Source of the DNA: Mobula hypostoma
Taxonomy: Eukaryota
Reading direction: 5' to 3'
Assembly (NCBI RefSeq): GCF_963921235.1
Contig: NC_086097.1
Coordinates: 127,846,001 to 127,910,000, forward strand
DNA: 64,000 bases
The position numbers and the translations under genes were made by a program. The notes under the pieces were generated by a model. The model was not told where the DNA came from and did no database searches. It saw only the letters and a program-made list of their open reading frames with translations. Positions 52,001-64,000 of this stretch are shown here, one piece after another (position 1 is the first letter of the stretch; every line of letters begins with the position of its first letter).

Positions 52001-53030
52001 AACCATGTTAGCAAACTTACCTGCAAGGATATTGCTCCCCCTTGAGTTCAGGTGCAACCCATCCAATCTGTACAGGTCCCACCTTCCCCAGATGAGATCC
52101 CAATGATCCAAAAATCTAAAACCCTGCTCCCTGCACCAACTCCTCAGCCACACATTCAACTGCCATCTCCTCCAATTCTTACCTTGAGGTCCTGTTCTTC
52201 AGCCTTCTGCCTAGTTCCCAAAACTCTCACTTCAGGACCTCATCCCTCTTCCTGCCTATGTCGTTGGTCCCAACATGTATCACGACTTCTGGTTGCTTTC
52301 CCTCTCATACCAGGATGTCGTGCACCCGGTCAGAGACATCCCGGACCCTGGCACACAGGAGGCAACAAACCATGCGGGTGTTCTTCTCACGTCCACAAAA
52401 TTTCCTGTCTGCTCCCCTGACTATAGAGTCTCCAATGACGACAGCTCTCCTCTTCTCCATCCCACGCTTCTGCACCACTGGGTCAGACTCAGTGCCAGAG
52501 GCCCTGCCACCGTGGCTCACACCTGGTCGGTCGTCCCCACCAACAGTATCCAAGACAGTAAACTTATTATTCAGGGGAATGGCTACAGAAGTGCTCTGCA
52601 TGACCTGTCTGCTCACCTTCGCTTTCTCCCCTCTGACTGTCACCCAACGACCTGCTTCCGACAGCCTAGGTGTGACTACCTCCCTGTAGCTCACATCTAT
52701 GACTGCCTCATTCTCCCTCATGAGTCAAAGGTCATCCAGCTGCTGCACCAGATTCCTTACATGGTCTTCCAGGTCGCCCAGCCGCATGCACTTCTGGCAG
52801 ATGTGACTCTGCAGGAGAGGGGCGTTCCCCCAAGACTGCCACATCTCACATGAGAGGCACATCACCATCTTACATGAGAGGCACATCACCGTCCAAGGAG
52901 ACATTGTAAAGACTAACTGCGAGCAAGCTTGTCCTCCACCTCTTCTCGTCGAAGCCTCCTGAGTCAAAGCCTCAAAGCTCCACTCCTTCACTGGCCCACT
53001 CAGTCACTGGCCGCTTTCCACAGGCCCATA
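49011..53030 (-). mobile_element. Near full-length CR1 LINE (ORF1 Zn-finger plus SGNH esterase; ORF2 EN-RT), frameshifted
   Basis: ORF1 has CxxC..HxCxKC and VIGDSIVRG. ORF2 has YFNARS, GDSDH, DFSKAFDKVP, VPQGSVLGP, KFADDTK and TQRVVGAWN, followed by a 3' tail. Confidence 0.96.
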
Positions 53031-53139
53031 ATGGACTACAAGTTCTCCTTGCATATCAACAACAACAATGCCTCTCTTGCTCATAGGCAGAATGTCTTTT
53101 AAGCATGGTACAATGAGCTAGTGAGGATGCCCTCCTCCC

Positions 53140-55360
53140 CCGGAGAAGCTGAGCGGGTACTCTGTCTGGCCATGGCTCATGCGAGGAAAACCCGAGCCTG
53201 GGTCAACTGACGTAAAGCTGCAGGGTCTGATAGCATACCTGGTCGAGTGCCGAGGGACTGTGCAGCCCAGTTAACAGACGTTCTAACGGACATCTTCAAC
53301 ATCTCTCTGACTTCTATCACCACAGGCTTCAGAGCAGCCACCATCATCCTGGTGCCCAAGAGGGCAACAGTAACTTGTCTTAATGGTGACCATCAAGTGG
53401 CATTGATGTCAACAAAAATGAAGTGCTTTGAGTATCTCATTGATCACATTAAATCTCATCTTCCTGCTACATTGGACCCTTTCCAGTTCACTTATTGCTC
53501 AAATCGGCCCACTGATGATGCCATAGCCTCTGCATTCCTCTCCATCCTGTCCCATCTGGAAAATGGTGCCTCATACACTGAGATACTGTTTATCAACTTC
53601 AGCTCAGTTTAATATAATTGCCCCTCAGAAGCTAGTGGGTTAACTGTCATCTTTGGGTCTCAGTACCTCTCTCTGTAACTGGATCTTGGACATCTTGACA
53701 AAAAGGCCACAGTCAGTCGATGTTGGCAGCAACATCTCTAGCTCCATCACGCTGCACCAGCGCCTCCAGGGCTGCATTCTCAGCCCGTTGGTGTTCATGC
53801 TGCTGACGCACGACTGCACTGCCAGATCCCGTTCACTGATGACTCAATAATGGTTGGCCTCATCAACAATGACACAAGACAGCGTACAGAGAGGAAGTAA
53901 AGTGGCTGTTAGAATGGTGCAGGCACAACAACTTGAGTTTCAGTGTGGACAAGACCAAAGAGATGATTGTGGATTTTAGGACGGTGCGGACTGACCACTC
54001 CTCACTGCACATAAACGGCTCTTCAGTGGAAAGAGAACCAAGTGTCTGGGAGCACACAGAATGGATGATCTCACCTGGTCCCTCAACACCACCTCTTCAG
54101 TCAAGAAAGCACAGCAGTGTCCACTTCCTGGGGAGATTGAGGTGAGTGAGGTCCCACCCATTTCCAACCAATTTTTACAGGCGCACCATCCTGACCAACT
54201 GCATCACCGTCTGACCACAGATCCCTACGGAGGATTACGAGGATTACCTCTGAGCAAATCATCACAGTCTTCCACTCAGACATTTTTTTTAGATTAGATT
54301 ATGAGAACACGCAGTCCTCTTTTATTGTCATTTAGTAATGCATGCATTAAGAAATGGTACAATGTTCCTCCAGTGTGATATCACAGAAACACAAGACAGA
54401 CCAAGACTGAAAAACTGACAAAACCACATAATTATAACATACAGTTACAACAGTGCAAGCAATACCGTAATTTGATAGAAGAACAGACCATGGGCACGGT
54501 AAAAAAAAGTCTCAAAGTCTCTCGAAAGTCCCAACATCTCACACAGACGGTAGAAGGAAAAAAACTCTCCCTGCCATGAGCATCCAGCACCGCAAACTTG
54601 CCGATGCAGCACCTTGGAAGCGCCCGAACACAGTCTGACACTCAGTCCATCCGAAAACTTTGAGCCTCCGACCAGCCCTCCGACACCGAGCACCATCTCT
54701 GCCGAGCGCTTCAACCTCAACCCCGGCCGCCAGCAACAGGCAAAGCCAAGGATTTGGGGCCTTCCCCTCTGGGGATTTTCGATTGCACAGTAGCAGCAGC
54801 AGCGAACCGGACATTTCAGAAGTTTCTCCAGATGTTCCTCCATGCTTCTCACGTCTGTCTCCATCAAATCAGAATTGTGCACGGCATCCTACTTAAAAAT
54901 ACGATATCATTTCACTGGAGAGGCCACGCGCGCTGCGTCGTGCCACCATCTTCTCCTCCCTCCTATTTATTAGGAGCACTGCATATGCAGGGTCCTTAGC
55001 ATTGTCAATGATCCTTCCCATCCATCCAACAATCCCTTTGACTCCCTAATATCATGCAGAAGGTACCGTAGCAGTTTGACAAGGACTGTTAGGATGGGAA
55101 ACAGCTTCCTCCCCCAGGTGGTATGACAACTGAACTACCTGCCACCATCCAGGTCTCATCACACATGAAGAGCCAGTAGTGTTATATTGTTTACTTTTAA
55201 ACTGGTGTCAAAAATGCACCTTATTATTTGTGGTAATATTATTTTATGTGTTGTGTGTGAGTTATATGTAGTGTGGTGTGCACCTTGGTTCTGAGGAACG
55301 TTGTTTAGTTTGGTGGTACACATGAATACAGTCAAATTACAGTAAACTTGATCTTGAACA
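53140..55360 (+). mobile_element. Rex1/Babar LINE, degraded, with a nested family A element
   Basis: [39 protein letters not shown] and QGCILSP. Tail taaacttgatcttgaa. Confidence 0.88.
54289..54963 (-). mobile_element. Family A retroposon, copy 3
   Basis: Full-length reverse complement of 6248-6926. Confidence 0.9.
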
Positions 55361-55379
55361 GGTCAGAGACAAGAAATAG

Positions 55380-55880
55380 AGGTTCAAAGTAAATATAATA
55401 TAAAAGTACTTATATGTCACCATACACAAACCTGAGATGCATTTTCTTGCAGACATACTCAATAAATCCATTATAGAAAAATAACCATAACAGAATCAAT
55501 GAAAGGCCGCACCAACTTGGTCATTCAACTAGAAGGCAACTGTGCAAATACAAAAGGAAATAACAAATAAATAATCAATAAATATTGAGAACAGGAGATG
55601 AAGAGTCCTTGAAAGTGAGTCCATAGTTTGTGGGAACAGTTCAATGATGGGGCAAGTGAAATTGAGCGAAGTTATCTCCTTTGGTTCACGAGTCTGGTGG
55701 CTGAGGGGTAATAACTGCTCCAGAACCTGGTGGTGCAGTACTGAGGCTTCTGTACCTTCTTCCTGATGGCAGCAGTGAGAAAAGAGTGGTGGGTGCCCTG
55801 CTTTCCTGTGACAGTGTTTCATGTAGATGTGTTCAAAGGTGGAAGGGCTTTAGCCGTGGTGGACTGGGTGGTATCCATTA
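55380..55880 (-). mobile_element. Rex1/Babar 3' fragment
   Basis: Same family as 28640-29402 (ttcaaagta...gagtccttgaaagtgagtc). Confidence 0.8.
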
Positions 55881-56423
55881 CTATCTCTTGTTAATTGTTA
55901 ATCATTATCTTTTCTTAACTCTGAACAGGGATGTTGTAGATATAAAGTTGTAGAAGTGGACAGGTTAAAGAACATGAGAAAATATGAGCAGAATTAGGCC
56001 ATTCAGCCCCTCATCCTGCTCCGCCATTCAATATAATCATTGCCGGCCAATGCCGACCTCAACTCCGGTTCTGTGCCGGTTCCCTATAAACATATTTTTT
56101 AAAATATTTACCTCCCAATGTGCCGTGTTTGTGAGGAAGTTGACAGGACTTGGGCGACCTAGGTTATGGAGAAAGATTGAGCAGATTGGGGCTTTATTCA
56201 TTGGCGTATAGGGGAATGATGTGGGGTGAACAAAATTATGAAGGACACAGACAAGGTCAACACACACAGTCTTTTTACCATGGTTGGGGAAATCAGAAAC
56301 TAGAGGGCATAGATTTAAGCTGAGGGGGGAGAGATTTGATCGGGAACTAAGGGGGAACCTTTTCACCCAGACTGTGGTCCATTCATGGAAGGAGCTGCCC
56401 GAGGTCGTCATTGAGGCAGATAC

Positions 56424-56706
56424 TATAGGCATCCATTAGTCTCATGATACCATGGATTTGCGGCTTGCAAGGTTGTATGGAAGATCAGCAGTTGCCCATG
56501 CTGCAAGTCTCCCCTCTCGATGCCACTGATGTTGTTCAAGGGAAGGGCATTAGGACCCATACAGCTTGGCACCAGTGTCATTGCAGAGCACTGTGTGGCT
56601 AAGTGCCTTGCTCAAGGACACACACGCTGCCTCAGTCAAGGCTCGAACGAGCGACCTTCAAATCACTGGACGAGCACCTAAACCACTTGGCTACGTGCCA
56701 ACACTA
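56424..56706 (-). mobile_element. tRNA/CORE-like SINE (same head as 3739-3966, different tail)
   Basis: The reverse complement starts gtgttggcacgtagccaagtgg...gttcgagcc...ccttgagcaaggcactta. TSD AGGCAGATAC at 56414-56423 and 56707-56716. Confidence 0.88.
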
Positions 56707-56715
56707 AGGCAGATA

Positions 56716-57847
56716 CAGAGCCTATAAAAAGTATTCACCCTCCTAGGAAGTTTTCATATTTTATTGTTTTACAACATTGAATCACAGTGGATATAATTTG
56801 GCATTTTTGACACTGATCAACAGAAAAGACACTTTTGCTGTCAAAATGAAAACATTTCTACAAATTCATCTATTTTTCTTACTGTTATTAAACACAAATA
56901 ATTGATTGCATAATTACTCACCCCCTTTCAAATCAGTATTTAGTGGATGTACCTTTGGCAGTAATTACAGCCTTGAGTCTGTGTGGATAGGTCTCTACCA
57001 GCTTTGCACATCTGGACACTGCAATTTCCCCCCATTCTTCTTTACAAAACTGCTCAAGCTCTGTCAGATTGCATGGGGATCATGAGTGAACAGGCCTGTT
57101 CAGGTCCAGTCACAAATTCTCAGTTGGATTCTCAAACCCTAGCCAAGATTTCATGTGAATTTTTTTTCCCCCAGCAGTAGCTTTCTCTTTGCCATTCTTC
57201 CATAAAACTGCAAGTGGTGAAGCACCTGGGCAACAGTTGTATGCACAGTATTAGCCACTTAACCACTGAAGCTTATTGCTCTTCCAGAGATGTGATAGGT
57301 CTCTTGGTAGCCCCCTTCACCAGTACCCTTCTTGCAGAGTCACTCGGTTTTTGAGGATGGCCTGCTCCAAGCAGATGTACAGCTGTGCCATACACTTTCC
57401 ATTTCATGATGATTGACTTTACTGTACTCCAAGGGATATTTAGTGACTTGGAAATTTCCCGTTTCCATCACCTGATTTGTGCTTTTCAATAACCTTTTTG
57501 CAGAATTATTTGGAGTGTTCTTTTGTCTTCATGGTGTATTTTTATTACAATCAATTGAATTACCTTAACTGCACACAAGTGATCTCCATTTAACTAATTA
57601 TGTGACTTCTAAAACCAATTGGCTGCACCAGTGATGATTTGGTGTTTCATATTAAAGGAGTTGAATACTTAGGCATTCAATTATTTTGTGTTTTATGTTT
57701 GTAATTAATTTAGCTCACTTTGTAGTGATCTGTTTTCATTTTCACACACAAGTCAGAGTAAAAAACCCGCCAAATTAAATCCACTGTGATTCAATGTTGT
57801 AAAACATGAGAACTTCCAAGAGGGGTGAATACTTTTTATAGGTACCG
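56716..57847 (-). mobile_element. Tc1 transposon, internally deleted, same family as 31593-33116
   Basis: ~200-bp TIRs with TA flanks. The reverse strand carries atgaagacaaaagaa (MKTKE) at ~57532. Confidence 0.92.
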
Positions 57848-58107
57848 TACATCAGTAACATTTAAACAGCATTGGATAGGAACAGCTTAGGATTCTGACC
57901 AAACACAAGCAAATGTGCGAGCTTGAATGGGAATTTTGGTCGGCACAGGCCAGTTGAAGGGCCTGTTTCTGTGCATTGTTAACCTATAACTCAATAGTGT
58001 ATAAAATCGATCTTTAAAAAAGTTAATCCATTATTTGCATTGCACTGTATTTTTTTCCCCTCATATATGCTTTTCCTTTTAAGAAATTAATTGTTGAATG
58101 TGCTCAC

Positions 58108-58125
58108 CTTTGCTCATGTACGTGA
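58108..58125 (-). CDS. Candidate 18-nt microexon of an unidentified host gene
   Basis: The minus strand reads ttctccctctgcttttctttag|TCACGTACATGAGCAAAG|gtgagc. It is open in phases 1 and 2 and lies in repeat-free context. Confidence 0.45.
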
Positions 58126-59524
58126 CTAAAGAAAAGCAGAGGGAGAAATTTAAATAAGCATTTAGCCCTGATTCTGTATCTTGGTAAATGCAGACCATGA
58201 CACAAACTGGATGACAACCCTCCTGAAACATTAAGACTTACACGTTTATAATCTTTACCAAAAAACTGCACGAGATGCAGTGCTGCTCTCGCATACAACA
58301 ATTTACCCAAAGGAATTTACAGCAATCTACTCAGTCAATGGCATATTTTCATGCATGCCTGTCAGTCTTTTAGTTTACAGTGTTTGCTGGATAGTTGTAA
58401 ATTGCCCACTGTTCCATCATTACATAATCACCCTCCCCAGAGCTCTGTAATTCAGTCTGATTCTCTATCTACCCATTAGTAGTTAGCCATTACTGTTTCT
58501 CTGGATTAGACAAAGCAATTGCTATATTACATGCACTTTCAATCTAATTAAGGCTGGAGCCGCTTTCCTGTTAGTTAAAGTTTATGGGCTGAAACTCCTG
58601 CAGGAGTTTATGTTTTAAAAGATACTCTAGCATCTGATCTGAATTTACCTTTACATTTTCATGAATGATTTCTGACAGAGACGGAAGGACATAGAGAACG
58701 CTTAAAATTACACTCACAGTTAGATTTGTCTGCAGTCTGCAGCACTTGCAAAACATCCTTAATTATCCCTCTGGTCCCACCAGGTGGAGATCAGCACATA
58801 GCAATCTATCAATTTATCTTTGAATGAGAGTCCTACTTTGAATTTTGTATTAAAGTTGAACATAGAGTAGACTTTCATCAAACACACCTGCATACAGCAG
58901 GAGGAAGTGCATGTCATATCACTCCTGATTGGTTCCAATAATTTTTTTGGGAAATAACAAATCATGAAAATCAGAATCAGAAACACAAGTAATTCTGCAG
59001 ATGCTGGAAGTCTTGAACAACGCACAAAAGTAATCAGAGTCAGAATTGGATATGTTACTTATATGATGTGAATTCTGCTGTTTTGTGGCAACAGTACAGT
59101 GCAAAGATATAATTTTATCATGAATTACAAAAATAAATAAATAGTCCAGAAAATGAATAATTATGTGGTGTTCATGTATTCATGGTTGGTTCAGAAATCT
59201 GAAGGTGGGAGGATAAAAAACTGGTCCGGAATTGTTGTGTATGAGTCTTCAGGCTCCTGTACCTCCTGCCTGGTAGTAATGAGACTTATGGAAGTCTGAA
59301 AGCTCATCCACAATGATCATGACTGAATATGTACAGCCTACCTCCCAGCAAGTGTGAATTAAAAATGACCATTCAGGATTGACAGCCAAAGAGGATCATT
59401 GATAGCAAGGAAAGAACCACTGTTATCACCACATTTTAACATTTTTTTTGTATTTCTTTTGCAAGCTCAACAAAAGTAAAATCAAGATGTTAATTATTGC
59501 ATTTTATATTCTTAATTATAGAGA

Positions 59525-59816
59525 GCGAAATCAGGCCTTCTGGCCCCTTGAGCTGAACTGCCCAGCAATCCCCTGATTTAACCTTCGCCTAATCATGGGA
59601 CAATTTACAATGACCAATTAATTTACTAGCTGACACACCTTTGGACTGTGGGAGGAAACCAGAGCACCCAGAGGAAACCAGAGCACCCAGAGGAAACCCA
59701 TGTGGTCAGGTGGAGAATGCACAAACCCCTTACAGGCAGCAGTAGGAATTGAACCCGATTCGCCTGTACTGTAAAGCGTTGTGCTAAACACTACGTCACA
59801 GTGATAACGATGCCCC
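59525..59816 (-). mobile_element. V-SINE (HE1-like)
   Basis: Reverse complement of the 39908-40195 type, with an internal 19-bp tandem duplication. Confidence 0.88.
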
Positions 59817-59961
59817 ATTATTACTTAATATAGTTGCACCTACAAAGTCAAAACTAATAAATGGACACATAAAGTGCTCGAATCTGCAGTGAAGGAAACA
59901 AACTACTGGAGGTCAGATGAAAAGTTTCAACCAGAATTACTGACAGTTCATTTCCCTCTTC

Positions 59962-61142
59962 AGGTGGAACATCTGGACAGAAAAGATGCATACATCTGGA
60001 TGTTCTTTATCAATTATAGTTCAGCATTTGGCACCATCATCCCCTCTAAACTCCAAGACCTGGGCCTCAAAATCCCCTTGTGTAATTGGATCCTGAATTT
60101 CCTCTCCCGTAGACCTCAGTCAGTTCGGATTGGCAAAAACATCTCCTCCACAATCTCCATCAGCACAGGAGCGCTGCAGGGATATGTACTTAGCCCCCTG
60201 CTCTATTAGTTTTATACCTATGACTGTGTGGTTAAGTTCAGCTTCAACACATATACAAGTTTACTGATGACACCACTGTTATTGGGTGTATCAAAAGCGG
60301 TGATGAATCAGCATACAGGAGGGTGACAGAAAATTTACCTGACTGGTGTAATAACAACCTCTCATTCAATGACAATAAGACCATGGAACCGATAGTAGAC
60401 TTCAGGAGAAGGAAACGAGAGGTTCACGATCCAGGAATCATCGGAGGATCAGAGGTGGAAAAGGTCAGTAACTTTAAATTCCTGGGTGTCAGTACCTCAG
60501 AAGCCCTGTCCTGGATCCATCATATCAATATAATTGCGAAGAAAGCATGACAGTGCCTCTTCCTCTGGAGTCTGTGGAGATTTGGTGTGTCATCAAAAAC
60601 CTTGGCAAATGTCTATAGATGTGAGGTGGAAAGTGTGTTGACTGGTATGGCCTGGTATGGGAATACCTATGCCTTTGAGCGGAAAATCCTATAAAAGGTA
60701 GTGGATTCGACCCAGTACATCATGGATAACATCCTACCAACCATTGAGCACGTCTACATGAAACATGCTGTAGGAAAGCAGCGTTCATTATCACAATCCT
60801 CACTACCCGGGCCATTCTCTTTTCTCACTGTTGCCGTCAGTTCAGGACTCGCAACATCAGGTTCACGAACAGTGACTACTCCTCAATCATCAGGCTCTTG
60901 AACAAAAGGCGATAACTGCACTCAGTTAAGGACTCTTTTATCTTGTTATTTCATACTCCTTATTTATTGCTATTTACGTATATCTGCATTTGCGCAGTTT
61001 GTTGTCCACTGATCCTGTTTACAGTTACTGTTCTATAGATTTACCAAGTATGCCTGTAGAAAAAGAATCTCAGTATTGTATCTGTTGACATGTATGTATC
61101 CAGATAATTAATTTTACTTTGACTTTTTGCTTTTGACTTTGA
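59962..61142 (+). mobile_element. Rex1/Babar LINE 3' half, degraded
   Basis: FFINYSSAFGTIIPSKL, STGALQGYVLSPLLY and NFKFLGV. Tail (actttg)n. Confidence 0.88.
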
Positions 61143-61644
61143 GATGCCGCCTGACCCAACGAGTTCCTCCAGAATTTTAGATTTTACAAGCTGATATTAA
61201 TTGTTGAATAGTTTATTTTTGTCACATGCAGCAAAACACAGTAAAAAAAGACGTTTGGCATGCCATCCATACAGATCATTTCAAAACATACATAAGTGTA
61301 TTGAGGGAAGGCAAAGGGAAAAGCAATAATAGAACGCAGAATATAACTTTACAGTTATAGAGAAAGTGTAGTGTATATAGACAAATATGGTGTAAGGAAT
61401 ATGAAGACTAAAAGATCATGAGTTTGTCATTAACATAGAAGAGTTTTTTAACAGTGGGGTAGAAGCTGTGTTTGGGCCTGGTGGTATATGGTTTCAAGTT
61501 TTGTTTTTTTACAATACAGATTCTGGGGAGAAGAAACAATGCTTCACAGCATACACTTTCTTATATCAGCTGTCCAGTGTTTCTAGCTGGGATCTGATTT
61601 CTGCTGTGCAAGCGTTTCAATTTGCAAAGCTGCAATTACAGTCT

Positions 61645-62730
61645 CAGACCATGAGACATAGGAGCAAAATTAAGCTGTTTGACCCATTGGGTTTGCTCTG
61701 CCATTCCACCATGAATGGTTAATGATCCCTCTCAGTCCCTTTCTTCTACCTTCTCTCTGTAACCTTTGACACCCTGACTAATCAAGAACCCATCAACCTC
61801 CACTTTAAATATACTCAATGACTTGGCCTCCACAGCTGTCTGTGGTAATGAATTCCACAGATTCACCACCCTCTGCCTAAAGATATTCCTCTTTATCTCC
61901 CTTCTAAAAGGACACCCTCTATTCTGAGACTGTGGCCTTTGGTCCTGGAATTCCCCATGAGATGAAACAACCTCTCCATATCCACTCTATGTAGGCCTTT
62001 CAATATTTGATAAATTTCAATGAGCTCCCTCCTCATTCTTCTAACCTCTAGAGAGTATAGGCCCAGAGCCATCAAATACTCCTCAAATATTAACCCCTTC
62101 ATTCCCAAAAAACATTCTCATGAACTTCCTCTGGACTCTTTCCAATGCCAGCATATCTTTTCTTGGATGAGAGGCTGTAAACTGCTCACAATACTCCAAG
62201 TGTGGTCTGACCAATGCCTTATCATCACATCCTTCCTTTTATATTCTAATCCTCTCAAAATGAATGCTAACATTATATTTGCCTTCCCTACCACTGACTT
62301 AGCCTGCAAGTTAACCTTTGAGGAATCCTGCACGAGGACTCCCAGGTCCCTTTGCATCTCAGATTTTTGAATTTTCTTTCTATTTAGAAAATAGTCTACT
62401 CTTTTATTTCTTCTACCAAAGTGTATGACTATACACTTCCTGACACTGTATTCCATCTTCCACTTCTTTGCCAATTCTCCTAATCTCTCTAAGTCTAAGT
62501 GCTTCCTCAACACTACCTGCCCCTCCTACTATCTTTGTATTGTCAGCAAACTTGGCCATAAAGACATCAATTTCATCATCTAAATCTTTGACATATCATG
62601 TGAAAAGAAGCAGTCCCAATATCAGCTCCTGTAGAACACTACTAGTTACCAGCAGCCTACCAGAAAAGGCCCCCTCTATTTCCATTCTTAGCCTCCTTCC
62701 AGTCAGCCAATCCTCTATCCATGCTAATTT
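61645..62730 (-). mobile_element. CR1 (HER1-type) 3' fragment
   Basis: LGELAKKWKMEY, EMQRDLGVLVQ and GHSLRIEG. Reverse tail gaccatgagacataggagc. Confidence 0.9.
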
Positions 62731-62794
62731 CCATACTCGTATTTAGTGTTATCAATCTCAGCTCTATTAGGAAAGCCCAAAAGGATTTTTTTAA

Positions 62795-63290
62795 TTGTTT
62801 ATTCATTTAGGGGATGTGGGCATCACCAGTAAAGCCAGCATCTATTGCCCATCCCTAGTTGCCCTTGAGAAGGTGGTGATGAGCTGCCTTCTTGAACCAT
62901 TTCAGTCCCTGAGGCATAGGTACACCCACAGTGCTGTTAGGGAGGGAATTACATGATTTTGACCCAGCAACAATGAAGGAACAGCGATATGTTTCCAAAT
63001 CAGGATGGTGAGTGACTTGGAGGGGAAATTCCAAGTGGTGGTGTTCCCAGGTATCTGCTGTTCTCATCCTTCTGGGTGGTAGTGGTTGTGGGTCTGGAAA
63101 GTGCTGCCTCAGGAACTTTAGTGTGTTTTTGCAATTCATCTTGTAGATAGTACACTCTGCTGCAAATGCTCATTGAAGGTGGAGGGATTGGATGCTTGTG
63201 AAAGGGGTCCCAATCAAGTGGGCTGGTTGTACTGGATGGTGTCAAGCTTCTTGAGTGTTGATGGAGCTGCACTCATTCCTTGCTCCTGAC
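62795..63290 (-). mobile_element. CR1/L2-related LINE 3' end (distinct family)
   Basis: C-terminus SLPNSTVGVP..LKWFKKAAHHHLLKGN*, followed by a 3'UTR with an AATAAA-like end. Confidence 0.72.
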
Positions 63291-63549
63291 TGTATGTCAA
63301 GAAATGGTACAATCAACTGTTTCCCTTTAGAGAATTTAAAACTGAAGTGCTCAGGAATTCAGAAATGATGCTGCATTAAGCCAAAAAATTGGCCATTGCA
63401 ATTTCATCCCAACTGTTCTCCAATTATCTGAAGTTGGATTATTAGATTATTCGCAAAGAATTGAACATTGTCCTTAAACTTAATAGTGACATCAACAAAT
63501 GTAGTGTCTGTGCCTCTTTTAAAGATAATATTAAGTATTCAGAGGTACT

Positions 63550-63718
63550 CACCTCTCTCACTCCTTCCACTTTCTCATCTCCCTCTCTCTCTACACATCT
63601 CATCTCTCTCTACACATCTCAGCTCTATCTCCAGCTAATATCTCTTTGCCTCTGTCCCTCCTCCATATCTCTTTCCCTCTCTCCCTCTCTTACCTTTCTC
63701 TTTCTCTAATCTCTCTTA
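63550..63718. repeat. CT-rich low-complexity tract
   Basis: Degenerate (CT)n run. Confidence 0.85.
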
Positions 63719-63900
63719 ATCAACCAGGATTAACACAGAGTTTTGACCCACAAGGTCAACAATTCATTTCTTGCCATAGATGCTGTTTGACCTGTTAAGT
63801 TCCAACAGGCAGGGTGATTGTTGTTCCATTTTTTTTTCTGTATACATTTGCTGAAAACCCTTATACTTTTGGGAGGCATCCATCATTAATGCACATACAG

Positions 63901-64000
63901 CATAGAACATAGAACATAGAAATCAATGGTATATTACAAGCCCTTCACCCCACAATGTTGTGCCAACTCTAGAAACTGCCTAGAACTTCCCTAGCGCATA
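63901..64000 (-). mobile_element. CR1 3' tail, continuing beyond the window
   Basis: (CATAGAA)3 followed by the reverse complement of the 21270-21390 3'UTR. Confidence 0.85.

Larger units (their letters stand above)
56130..57990 (+). mobile_element. CR1 3' fragment hosting a SINE and a Tc1
   Basis: TRGHRFKL..FTQTVVHSWKELPEVVIEAD, resuming at 57850 (atcagtaacatttaaa...gggcctgtttctgtgc). Confidence 0.82.

Noticed and set aside
59652..59699. Short direct-repeat array (CRISPR-like)
   Set aside because: It is a 19-bp tandem slippage duplication inside a V-SINE, with no spacers and a eukaryotic context.

Overview
Eukaryotic, repeat-dense genomic DNA, most likely from a cartilaginous fish (shark or ray). 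This is inferred from HE1-like V-SINEs, a SacSINE1-like DeuSINE and HER1-type CR1 LINEs. It reads as a large intron or intergenic region. Every long ORF I could identify is a decayed transposon fragment: CR1 LINEs (including a ~4 kb near-complete copy), Rex1/Babar LINEs, an RTE LINE, two Sushi-type Gypsy LTR elements, two Tc1 copies, a Tigger/pogo, a Chapaev-like transposase remnant, Penelope GIY-YIG remnants and several SINE families, often nested. I recognise no intact host gene. The most notable signals are: (1) a candidate 18-nt frame-preserving microexon on the minus strand (58108-58125) in a repeat-free island; (2) many dispersed short elements carrying a minimal hammerhead-ribozyme motif; (3) a non-tRNA retroposon family with a YY1-like head, an open ORF and an (AATCT)n tail; (4) a composite element bounded by two tiny Tc1-type MITEs; (5) one SINE head carrying two different tails. 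Family names come from motif recognition by eye, not database searches, and many boundaries are approximate.
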